A stretch of 40,577 nucleotides of DNA, taken from positions 1 to 40,577 of the forward strand of contig JAUCBJ010002019.1 of the NCBI GenBank assembly GCA_032718475.1, in the 5' to 3' direction. This document shows positions 12,401-23,505 of the stretch, in pieces (positions within the stretch are counted from its first letter, which is position 1; each line of letters begins with the position of its first letter). Below the pieces are notes generated by a model that was not told where the DNA came from, searched no databases, and was given only the letters and a program-made list of their open reading frames with translations. Position numbers and translations under genes: made by a program. This stretch comes from Nemertoderma westbladi. Taxonomy: Eukaryota; Animalia; Xenacoelomorpha.

Positions 12401-13625
12401 GCTCTCGGCTATATTTTACATTAAGACAGTCCATCTGTTTGCTCTCGGCTATATTTTACATTAAGACAGTCCATCTGATTGCTCTCGGCTATATTTTACA
12501 TTAAGACAGTCCATCTGATTGCTCTCGGCTATATTTTACATTAAGACAGTCCATCTGTTTGCTCTCGGCTATATTTTACATTAAGACAGTCCATCTGATT
12601 GCTCTCGGCTATATTTTACATTAAGACAGTCCATCTGATTGCTCTCGGCTATATTTTACATTAAGACAGTCCATCTGATTGCTCTCGGCTATATTTTACA
12701 TTAAGACAGTCCATCTGATTGCTCTCGGCTATGTTTTACATTAAGACAGTCCATCTGATTGCTCTCGGCTATGTTTTACATTAAGACAGTCCATCTGATT
12801 GCTCTCGGCTATATTTTACATTAAGACAGTCCATCTGATTGCTCTCGGCTATATTTTACATTAAGACAGTCCATCTGATTGCTCTCGGCTGTGTTTTACA
12901 TTAAGACAGTCCATCTGATTGCTCTCGGCTATGTTTTACATTAAGACAGTCCATCTGATTGCTCTCGGCTATGTTTTACATTAAGACAGTCCATCTGATT
13001 GCTCTCGGATATATTTTACATTAAGACAGTCCATCTGATTGCTCTCGGCTATGTTTTACATTAAGACAGTCCATCTGATTGCTCTCGGCTATGTTTTACA
13101 TTAAGACAGTCCATCTGATTGCTCTCGGCTATGTTTTACATTAAGACAGTCCATCTGATTGCTCTCGGCTATGTTTTACATTAAGACAGTCCATCTGATT
13201 GCTCTCGGATATATTTTACATTAAGACAGTCCATCTGATTGCTCTCGGCTATGTTTTACATTAAGACAGTCCATCTGATTGCTCTCGGCTATGTTTTACA
13301 TTAAGACAGTCCATCTGATTGCTCTCGGCTATATTTTACATTAAGACAGTCCATCTGATTGCTCTCGGCTATGTTTTACATTAAGACAGTCCATCTGATT
13401 GCTCTCGGCTATGTTTTACATTAAGACAGTCCATCTGATTGCTCTCGGCTATATTTTACATTAAGACAGTCCATCTGATTGCTCTCGGCTATGTTTTACA
13501 TTAAGACAGTCCATCTGATTGCTCTCGGCTATGTTTTACATTAAGACAGTCCATCTGATTGCTCTCGGCTATGTTTTACATTAAGACAGTCCATCTGATT
13601 GCTCTCGGCTATGTTTTACATTAAG
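9449..13625. repeat. 40-bp satellite array, left block (~104 copies)
   Basis: Unit at(a/g)ttttacattaagacagtccatctgattgctctcggct, very homogeneous. Confidence 0.98.
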
Positions 13626-14113
13626 TTTTTACTTTCATTACTTTCGTTCCAGTACTCCTCTACGGGAGTCCATGCTGGGCTCTAACTGCTGAGGACACCA
13701 AATCTCTGGATGGCACATTCACAAGAATGCTACGCCGGGTTCATTGTGTCAAGTACAATGCACACATCTCCAACCAGACACTATATAACATTGGAGGTGT
13801 CTCATTGGTTCCCCCAAGCTTGACACTAGAACAAAATCGCCTCCGCTTTGCAGGACATTGCTTTCGCCGTGAGGACCAGCCAGTGCATAATCTCGTACTT
13901 TGGCAGCCTCATGGAGTGAATAAGCATGGTGGACAGCCCATGACTTTCTTGAGACGCATCTTAAAGGACACTGGCCTTAAAGATGCGGATGATCTAGCAA
14001 ATGTCATGGGTGATAGGGAGTTGTGGCGGTGCAATTTTGTTGACAAGCCGGCACAGCATTCTTAAAAATGCAGCTGCAATGCAGCATGCCGATCCTAGTA
14101 GTAGTAGTAGTAG
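13626..14113 (+). mobile_element. 5'-truncated RTE-type LINE, family A, inserted in the satellite
   Basis: Near-identical to the 3' part of the 2913-3876 copy (RLRFAGHCFRREDQP...PAQHS*). Has a (TAG)n tail and a 9-bp TSD tacattaag at 13617-13625 and 14114-14122. Confidence 0.95.
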
Positions 14114-15478
14114 TACATTAAGACAGTCCATCTGATTGCTCTCGGCTATATTTTACATTAAGACAGTCCATCTGTTTGCTCTCGGCTGTATTTTACATTA
14201 AGACAGTCCATCTGATTGCTCTCGGCTATATTTTACATTAAGACAGTCCATCTGATTGCTCTCGGCTATATTTTACATTAAGACAGTCCATCTGATTGCT
14301 CTCGGCTATATTTTACATTAAGACAGTCCATCTGTTTGCTCTCGGCTATATTTTACATTAAGACAGTCCATCTGATTGCTCTCGGCTATATTTTACATTA
14401 AGACAGTCCATCTGATTGCTCTCGGCTATATTTTACATTAAGACAGTCCATCTGTTTGCTCTCGGCTATATTTTACATTAAGACAGTCCATCTGATTGCT
14501 CTCGGCTATATTTTACATTAAGACAGTCCATCTGATTGCTCTCGGCTATATTTTACATTAAGACAGTCCATCTGATTGCTCTCGGCTATATTTTACATTA
14601 AGACAGTCCATCTGATTGCTCTCGGCTATGTTTTACATTAAGACAGTCCATCTGATTGCTCTCGGCTATATTTTACATTAAGACAGTCCATCTGATTGCT
14701 CTCGGCTATATTTTACATTAAGACAGTCCATCTGATTGCTCTCGGCTATATTTTACATTAAGACAGTCCATCTGATTGCTCTCGGCTATATTTTACATTA
14801 AGACAGTCCATCTGATTGCTCTCGGCTATATTTTACATTAAGACAGTCCATCTGTTTGCTCTCGGCTATATTTTACATTAAGACAGTCCATCTGATTGCT
14901 CTCGGCTATATTTTACATTAAGACAGTCCATCTGATTGCTCTCGGCTATATTTTACATTAAGACAGTCCATCTGATTGCTCTCGGCTATGTTTTACATTA
15001 AGACAGTCCATCTGATTGCTCTCGGCTATATTTTACATTAAGACAGTCCATCTGATTGCTCTCGGCTATATTTTACATTAAGACAGTCCATCTGATTGCT
15101 CTCGGCTATATTTTACATTAAGACAGTCCATCTGATTGCTCTCGGCTATATTTTACATTAAGACAGTCCATCTGATTGCTCTCGGCTATATTTTACATTA
15201 AGACAGTCCATCTGTTTGCTCTCGGCTATATTTTACATTAAGACAGTCCATCTGATTGCTCTCGGCTATATTTTACATTAAGACAGTCCATCTGATTGCT
15301 CCCGGCTATGTTTTACATTAAGACAGTCCATCTGATTGCTCTCGGCTATATTTTACATTAAGACAGTCCATCTGATTGCTCTCGGCTATATTTTACATTA
15401 AGACAGTCCATCTGTTTGCTCTCGGCTATATTTTACATTAAGACAGTCCATCTGATTGCTCTCGGCTATATTTTACAT
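14114..15478. repeat. 40-bp satellite array, right block (~34 copies)
   Basis: Same unit as the left block, mostly the atattt variant. Confidence 0.98.
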
Positions 15479-16735
15479 CATACCAGCACAGGAACTGTTC
15501 CCATTGGAATAATAGCGAGCAAAAATGTTCTGGTCTGATCGAAAATCGTATTGATTTTGCTTAAAGTCAAGATCCGATGTTGAAATTTACCACTTTAAAG
15601 AAAATCCTCAATGATTGATGTCTGTCAGTCGGGCACAATCAGCCAGATTATTGATAACAACAATATTAATAAGTTTTATAAAACATTTTATTTATCTATA
15701 TATACTTCCAAGCAAGTTATAAAGACGGACTACCGGACTATTTATTTGTAACTTATGCTATTTCGTACTTACACTTAAAGTTTAAGGTTTATAAATAATT
15801 TATAATTATAAGTAGTTAATACAATACAATATAATATTCATTGTAAGCCTACACTATTTATTAGTATAAATGGTGCCATGTTTGCTATGTAATTTCCTAA
15901 ATGCAGTGCATTAAAATTATAATGTAATTAGGTGGTGTTACAGTGTGCTTTGAGCATATTCGCTACCAAATTAGTTCAAACAGTTCAATTTCTATACGGT
16001 TCAATAATATTATTTCGTAGTATATTATATATCCCAGAAACCCACCTTCACACACAATAACATTTCGTAACAATTCGGCTTTTGTAAGTCATTGAGTTGT
16101 TATTCGTTTTACAATATATGTTTTTAGGCCTATTTACGATGCAGCTGTTAATTATATTTCTCTTTCAGCGAACTACTCACAAACACAAACACATTTTCCA
16201 CAACAATAATAAGTCATTGGTGATAATGGTACGTAACGTACGGCTGTAACGCACGGAATATGATGCCATTTTTTCTAAAAAGTACAAATTAATCAAAACA
16301 ATTTTCAGTAACTAAACATTATATTATAAAATCTGTAGGAATATTACTTTTTTTTAACATCTAAAAAAATATAAAAGAATATTGGCCATCCAGTAGTAGT
16401 GTGATATACCAAACGGAAAATTAGGTAACGCACGGTACGATGCAGGCACAAACTCACAAAAAATGGCCAAAAGTTTCGCACACGTTTCGACTTAATTTCA
16501 GAATAATATTTTTTTTGGAACCTAGTAAAGTTATATATATTTTTGAAGATAATTTTATGGTCCAACAAAATGATGCACAAAAATTTATACTGCCATTCAG
16601 ACTTTGAAAGTTTTTACAGATGTTTTAGTACTAAAAACGCAGGTTTTTCAATTGTCCAAATATAGTTCATTATATTCTGAGGGATGTATTTGGACATCTA
16701 CTGGGTGTATTTCAACAAGCTAAATTTTAGAGGAA

Positions 16736-19700
16736 TACTACTACTACTAGTTCGAGCGAACTCGGACAGCGGAAATGAGATCCTTCCAGGCTTCCCGATT
16801 CTCCATAGTTGTCGCAATTTCGTTTCTCCCAAGTTCAGTATCCCTTTCAAGTTGATCTATATATGTTATGGCCGGTCGTCCACGACTACGCTTTCCATGA
16901 GTTGGTTGCCAGAGAAGTAGATCTGGTATGACCTAGTCTTTACTTCGCCAGCAGTGCCCACTGAATCTTAATCTGCGTTCACGGAGGGTGGTTGATACAG
17001 GTGGTATTGTACCATTAAGCTCGGCGTTTGTCATGTGTTGTCTCCAGCTGATGTTTAGGGCTGCCCTTAGTAGTCTTGTGTAGCAACCATCTATTCGTTG
17101 TTCAAGTTCAAGTGATTTAGTCAGTGTCCAGGTCTCACCCCCGTATAAAAATACACTTTCCACTGTGGCTCGAAAGAACTTAGTCTTCAGGTGCCTGGAG
17201 AGATCTGATTTCCAGATGGTATCCATTTTTGATGTGCCTGCTATGGAGAGATCTAATTTCCAGATGGTATCCATTTTTGATAGAGCTGCCCAAGCCTTTG
17301 CTTTCCTAACTTCTATGTCCTTTTTGCTACTTTGTTGATTATTATCAATGGTTGTCAAGTTTCCATCAACATTAAAAGTCATGAATTCGGTCTTGGTAGT
17401 ATTTATATGCAATCCAACCTCCTTAGCAGCCCTCTCCGCTTTATTTAGTAGAAGCTGTGCATCTGCTAACGTATTAGAGAGCAGGGCGATGTCATCCGCA
17501 AAGTCGGTGTCTGTGACTGTAGTTGCTGGATATCTACTACTTCTGCGTTCTTGAAGTGTGAATCCCAGATCTTCACCCTTTGTGGCCATCCTCATTGCGT
17601 AATCCAGCACAATTACAAATAGTAATGGTGCTAATGTGTCACCTTGCAGCACGCCAGCCAGGATTGAGAAAAACTCAGTTTCACCATCTGGTGAGAGTAC
17701 CTGCGTTTCTGTGTCACAATATAACAATCCAATTCCAGCAACAATTACTTCTGGTATTCCATAAGCTCTTAGGATTTCAAGCATTTTACCTCTATGGATG
17801 GAGTCGAATGCCTTCTTGAAGTCCACAAAAGTCATGAATGCAGGGAGATTCTTTGACCTTCAATCAGTCTCCGTAGTGCAAGTATCTGAGCTATTGTTGA
17901 TCTATTTGGTCGAAATCCGTTTTGGCTCTTACGTAGTAGTTTCTCTATGTGTGGCCTAATCCTATATGGAGTCATTTTATTGTATATTTTGGTAGCTACC
18001 ACAAGCAGACAGATCCCACGATAGTTTGTTGGTATACCGAGGTCTCCTTTCTTGGGGAGAGGCTTTAGTTGACCTTTAGTCCAAATTGGTGGTGGCTTTT
18101 CCCCTTTTAACATCCAGTTGCAAACATTCAATAATGGTCTGTTTAGCACTCCGGTTTTCCATACCTCGGCTGGGATTTCATCTAATTCACTCGCTTTATT
18201 ATTGGACATGCTTTTAATGCTTCTTTGGAGTTCGGCAAGTGTGAAGTCCCCTGTTTCTATAGGTAGTGTCTTGTCATAAATTTTCATTGTAGGGCTGACC
18301 TCGATGTTTGGTGGCTGCCCAAGCAAGTTGCTGAAGTGATTTTTCCACTGCGCCCCTTTGCACAACTTTTCCGACCAGATACCTCATTTACAGTTTGCCA
18401 GGTAAGTCTTGATTGTTTCTGTATGTGAGCAGTAGTTGTAATTGCTTAATTTTATCCTGTATGTACTTTTCCTGGCTGATGTTGTAGGCCAATTTAAGAT
18501 CGTCCTTAGCTTTCTCAACCTTGTTAATGTTTTCGGTTGTTGGTTGTTCGGTTTTAACTTTGTAGGCTATCTTAAGATCTTCTCTCTTACAAGTAACCTC
18601 ATAGTTTTGCCATGGCACATACAGTTTTCGTTTGGGTTTCTGGGGGATATGCCTCTTAGCTGATTCCTTGTGGGCTGTTATTATATTCTGGTATATTGAA
18701 TCGGTAGACTGGTCTTCATCCATTAACTGGAGTGCTTCAAAGCGGTTTTGAACTTCTACTGTGTAAGCATCCTTTACAGCATTGTCAGTTCTGAGTTTCT
18801 CCCAGTCATAGTTGATTTGCTTGCTTGTCCTGGGTTTGCTGGCTCTCAAACTGAGTCTGATCTCTGCAGTCACAATTCTGTGGTCCGAACCAATTAGGTT
18901 GAACGAGCTGTATGCCTCGCAGTTGATCATGCTGTTTCTCCACTTTTTGTTTATAAGGATGTAATCCAGTTGTGCTTTGGTTCCATTAGGGTATTGAAAG
19001 GTCCATAGCTTCCCCTTACTCTTTTCGAATGTGTTGTTTGTTGGTATCAATTCACATTATTCCATTGGGTCTAAAAGTAAGTACCCATTTCTGTTAGAAC
19101 TGGTGTTATAGGTGTAACCCTTGATGTCTTCTGGGCCAATTTGCGCATTCAGGTCACCAGCAATGACTTTAACATTGTGTTTCGGAATGTCCTTTATAAG
19201 TCCAGTCAGATCTTCATAAAACTTGACTGCTTGTTCTGGCTCTGAGGCATTGGTTGGACTGTAGCAACATATAACTGTTGCCTTGGGATTCCCATCAAAT
19301 GTTGCGATTATAAATAACCCTGGGATTTATAGATTCGATGTTGTTTAGGGTCTTAAGTGCAAATGGGCTTAGCAGAATTCCTACTCCACCAATTGATGCA
19401 TTGGCCGAGTTTCTTACTGCTGAGCTTGTTACTAACGTCCATCCATTTCCAATATCATTGTACTTCATGGCAGTGTCTTCATGACAAATGCGATGTTCTT
19501 GGATGCAGATGATGTCGATGTTATATTCCATTGCCAGAGCGACCATGTCACCTTGTTTGGTATGTGCTTTCAGCGTGCATGCGTTCATTGTAGCAATCTT
19601 TAGTGTCTTTTTACATTTCAACAGGTTGGTTCTTCTTTCTTTTCTGTCTTCTGTTCCAGTAGCCAATTTATCGACCCCAGCCTAGTGTACCTCTGAGGGA

Positions 19701-20260
19701 CGCGGTCCTTGTTGACCCGGGCGATGACCGAGCCGGTATTTCTCCTGGAGGGTTCTCATACTCATATCATTCAGTTGCGAGAATAAACCGCTTGTGGTCG
19801 CAACTCCTACAAGCGTCTTCGCAGTAGGTCGCCGTTGGTTGATTACCTTCCGCTGACCTTGTCAGCATGTCTAGCCGTTGGTTGATTACCTTCCGCCTAT
19901 CCATGGCCCACAGCCCTGCTGCCGGCTGTAGGGGTTCTTTTGTTACACCCTGAACCAAGTGTGCCTCCTGGATTAGGTTACCTAACACTGGTAGAGGATC
20001 ATCCAGTATAGACAGAGCGGGGCGTGTATCATCTCTATTGCAGATGCGTATCAAGCCTTTGCCTTCAATGGTGCCCTAGGCTCTATATCCCTCAATGACT
20101 TATTTAGTTGACGGGGCTAAAACCAACCCACTCTTTATCAATTAACTAATGAATAGGCTATGCTTATCGGGCCTGCCCTACTGGGCTGACAGCTACAGGT
20201 AGTACCACATTACTGCCATAGTGATAGCAGGATCTGGGGACCTGACCTGACGGCATCACG
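16736..20260 (-). mobile_element. Near full-length RTE-type LINE, family B (APE endonuclease + RT), disrupted by frameshifts and stops
   Basis: APE motifs DIICIQEHR, AQLDYIL and SDHR; RT motifs NYRGICLL, DFKKAFDSI, QGDTLAP, DFADD and RLRFSGHC across several frames. (TAG)n tail at 16736-16749 and a GC-richer 5' leader. The 5' end is approximate. Confidence 0.93.
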
Positions 20261-21001
20261 ATGGATTAACATCCAATTAAATTGTTTTATTGACATCATG
20301 TTGAGTTACAACATGAGACAAAATACACCTATTTTTGACAATTTCTTGTCTCAAACGGTAATATGCCTTTCTGAATTCACCAAAACGTTTGAGATTCTAT
20401 AAACGAAATTCTCATTTGAATGGAAAATCTTAGTTAAGTTGAACATTCCAGATGTTAGGAAAAAATACCAAACATATGGCTGGTTTTATGCGTGCGAGTC
20501 GATTATGTCAATTAGGATTGTCCCATGTGTAACGCCAAGTGCATTGCTTTACCATGCTAGAATAAGTTCTAAGAAAGTTAATATGAAGAATCACACACAT
20601 ATAAGTTTATAGCCCAGATATTGGTCTTTTGCTTGGGTAATTGTTTGTGTCAACAATTGACTGTGGAATAGACTTGAGTTGCTTTTACATTTAACAGCAT
20701 GTACTGATCCCGCCTGTATGTGATGAACCCCCCTGTAACAAAAGCCTGTAACACAAAAAATCGTTACAAGGCGGGACGTCCCATATATATTTATTGACAA
20801 AAGAAATATTAATTAATTGATTAACATTGATATTGAATAATAACAATTTCACAAAAAACCCTTCTTTAGTCCAAATGAATTACAAATCTTATATCATTAG
20901 AATTATAAACTCGTAATATACAATCTGTCAACGCAACATTAACCGCAATTAATTGAAATACCCAATTCCTTCTTTCTACTTTCTTCCCGTGTCGCTCGAG
21001 T

Positions 21002-21141
21002 CTACATCCACTGCCCCTCCATGTGTGTCTTCACCTCAACCTGCCCCCCACCCGCCTGTCCCCCTCCGCCTACCGCCTCCGGCAGCCACACTCTCACCGT
21101 CCCATCGTCCGAGGCGCTGGCCACCATGGACGGGACCACCG
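21002..21141 (-). pseudogene. WDR26: Orphan fragment of a WDR26-like WD40 protein C-terminus
   Basis: Translates as [45 protein letters not shown], close to the last WDR26 repeat as I recall it ([22 protein letters not shown]). GC-rich island, starts mid-codon, no upstream AG acceptor. Confidence 0.7.
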
Positions 21142-21806
21142 TAATTACATTTTGTGAATTTTCACATTTAAACAAAAATTAAATTTTTACAGTTAAAATG
21201 TTGTAATAAATTCAGTATGTTGTTAAACTATCATATTTTAGAATTTTTCTCCTTAAATAATAAGCTTTATTGGAAGATGTTACTGGGATTGGTTACTGGG
21301 ATAGCGAAGGTTACTGGGGGATGATATTGTCTAGGTTAATTTAACATTTCAGTATAATTACAACTGGTGTTACATGGTGGGACAAATTGTTACAGGCCTC
21401 GGAAATCACCACCCAAAGGCGCTGATTGGCTGATATCCAGGGTTACATTGTGGGACAAGTTTTCTCAATTATTTGTTACCAGGAGGTCGGGGCTATTGGG
21501 AATTTACCACCATTGAATTCAGCGCATCGAGAGCTTTATGGTGATAAATGATATTACATTCTTTGGGCAACTTTTTTTTGCAAAAAAAAATGATTTTATT
21601 TGGCCAATTTTTGTGAGTTAGAGCCTGCAAGTTAGAATTTAGAAAGCAAATGACTATTTCAAACGTAAAAATCTTATCAATATAATATTATGTAATTACC
21701 AGTTGGCAATTAAACACTATACACTGTAGGATATTCTAAGAAAACTCTCACGAAAATATAAACAATTATTTCAGTTTTGTCATTTAATTTTTTTATATTT
21801 GTAAAT

Positions 21807-22169
21807 TTAATCGCCGGTGTTTCCGCCAATAACTCCATAAGAAACAACCCGTTTTGTGCGAACCATCCTTGTCCCACATTCCGCCACGAGCTCATCGTCA
21901 ATCATCGCGCATATCGTCGTCATGGCATCTGTATCGAAGAGTCGGACCACGCTGTAACCGTTGCCGTACTTTGGGTTGCCTACACTTCCGACGTACAACC
22001 CCAGCAGCTCGGACTCACTGGTAGTATCGAACGCAGCCGCTCCCATAAAGTATTCCCGCATCGGATGTTCCGATTTAGTAGCGAGTATCTTTGGCTGGAT
22101 TCCGTTAACAGGAGTTGGTAACACAACACGTTTTTTGTTTAATGATGCAACTTGAAGCACAATTCCTTC
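21807..22169 (-). CDS. PRSS23/PRSS35-like inactive serine protease homologue, terminal exon
   Basis: gctgattttatattgtag| acceptor, phase 0, 363 nt. EGIVLQVASL...EYFMGAAAF...LLGLYVG...VVRLFDTDAMTTICAMIDDELVAEC...GD* resembles the PRSS23 C-terminus (IIGIFSG...VRITPLKYAQICYWIKGNYLDC). Confidence 0.7.
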   Translation of the reverse strand, partial: EGIVLQVASLNKKRVVLPTPVNGIQPKILATKSEHPMREYFMGAAAFDTTSESELLGLYVGSVGNPKYGNGYSVVRLFDTDAMTTICAMIDDELVAECGTRMVRTKRVVSYGVIGGNTGD

Positions 22170-22206
22170 CTACAATATAAAATCAGCTTCTTTTTACCTC
22201 TATATG

Positions 22207-23484
22207 CCTACCAAACAAAATGATTATATATAGAATTCTGCCTCACATAGAGAAACTGCTGCGTAAGAGCAAAAACGGATTTCGACCAAGTAGATCAACA
22301 AATAGCTCAGATACTTGCACTACGGAGACTGATTTAGGGAATTAAGTCAAACAATCTCCCAGCTGTCCTGACTTTTATGGACTTCAAAAAGGCATTCGAC
22401 TCAATCCATAGAGGTAAAATGCTGGAAATTAATTGAGCTTATGGAATACCAGAGGTAATTGTGGCTGGCATTGGATTATTATATTGTGACACAGAAGCTC
22501 AGGTACTCTCACCAGATGGTGAAACTGAGTTTTTCTCAATACTGGCTAGCGTATTGCAAGGTGACACATTGACGCCACTGCTATTTGCAATTGTACTGGT
22601 TTACGCAATGAGGACGGCCTCAAAGGGTGAAGATCTGGGATTCACACTACAAGAACGCAGAAGTAGTAGATATCCGGCAACTACAGTCACAGACACCGAC
22701 TTCGCGGATGACATTGCCCTGCTCTCTAATACGCTAGCAGATGCACAGCTTCTACTAAATAAAGTGGAGAGGGCTGCTTTGGATTGCATATAAATGCTAC
22801 CAAGACCGAATTCATGACCTTTAATGTTGATGGAAACTTGACAACCATTGATAATAATCAACTAAGGAAGGTTGACAACTTCCAGTACCTTGGATCATGG
22901 ATAGAGAGTAGCAAAAAGGACATAGAAGTTAGGAAAGCAAAGGCTTGGGTAGCTCTATCAAAAATGGATACCATCTGGAAATCAGATCTCTCCAGGCACA
23001 TCAAAAATGGATACCATCTGGAAATCAGATCTCTCCAGTCACCTGAAGACTAAGTTCTTTCGAGCCACACTGGAAAGTGTATTTTTATACGGGGGTGAGA
23101 CCTGGACACTGACTAAATCACTTGAACAACGAATTGATGGTTGCTACACAAGACTACTAAGGGCATCCCTAAACATCAGCTGGAGACAACACATGGCAAA
23201 CGCCGAGCTTTATGGTACAATACCACCTGTATCAACCAGACTCCGTGAACGCAGATTAAGATTCAGTGGGCACTGCTGACGAAGTAAAGACGAGGTCATA
23301 CCAGATCTACTTTTATAACAACCAACACATCGATCGGCTACAACATATAGACCAGCTTGAAAGGGATACTGAACTTGAGAGAAACGAAATTGCGACAACT
23401 ATGGAGAATCGGGAAGCCTGGAAGGATCTCATTTCCACTGTCAGAGTTCGCTCGACCTGGTAGTAGTAGTAGAAGTAGTAGTAG
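22207..23484 (+). mobile_element. 5'-truncated RTE-type LINE, family B, intronic
   Basis: High similarity to 16736-18000 in inverted orientation. QGDTL, DFADD, FQYLGS and RLRFSGHC motifs; (TAG)n tail at 23461-23484. Confidence 0.93.
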
Positions 23485-23505
23485 TCAATAACAACTCGCT
23501 GTTTG

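Larger units (their letters stand above)
9338..15709. mobile_element. Old palindromic (TIR/MITE-like) element hosting the 40-bp satellite
   Basis: Colinear inverted blocks flank the array: gtatata near 9342 / tatatac near 15699, ttgttatcaataatc 9383-9397 / gattattgataacaa 15646-15660, and atcattgaggat 9421-9432 / atcctcaatgat 15604-15615. No TSD identified; outer ends approximate. Confidence 0.65.
16441..21629. mobile_element. Putative non-autonomous TIR DNA transposon (~1.7 kb without the nested LINE)
   Basis: tgcaggcacaaactcacaaaaaatggccaaa (16441-16471) is the reverse complement of tttggccaatttttgtgagttagagcctgca (21599-21629) with 3 mismatches. Internal inverted motifs: tgtcccatgtgtaac near 20519 / gttacatggtgggaca near 21369, and gcctgtaaca near 20744 / tgttacaggc near 21388. 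No TSD found. Confidence 0.6.

Noticed and set aside
9449-15478. 40-bp array as a CRISPR array or ribozyme array
   Set aside because: No unique spacers, and no hammerhead core (CUGANGA...GAAA) in the monomer.
20160-20260. HDV-like or twister ribozyme at the 5' end of the family B LINE (known from some RTE elements)
   Set aside because: Partial helices exist on - (gtgatgc/gctatcac, agg/cct around tccccagat, caggt/acctg), but I could not fit a clean double pseudoknot or twister core. An Infernal/RNArobo search on the family consensus would decide it.
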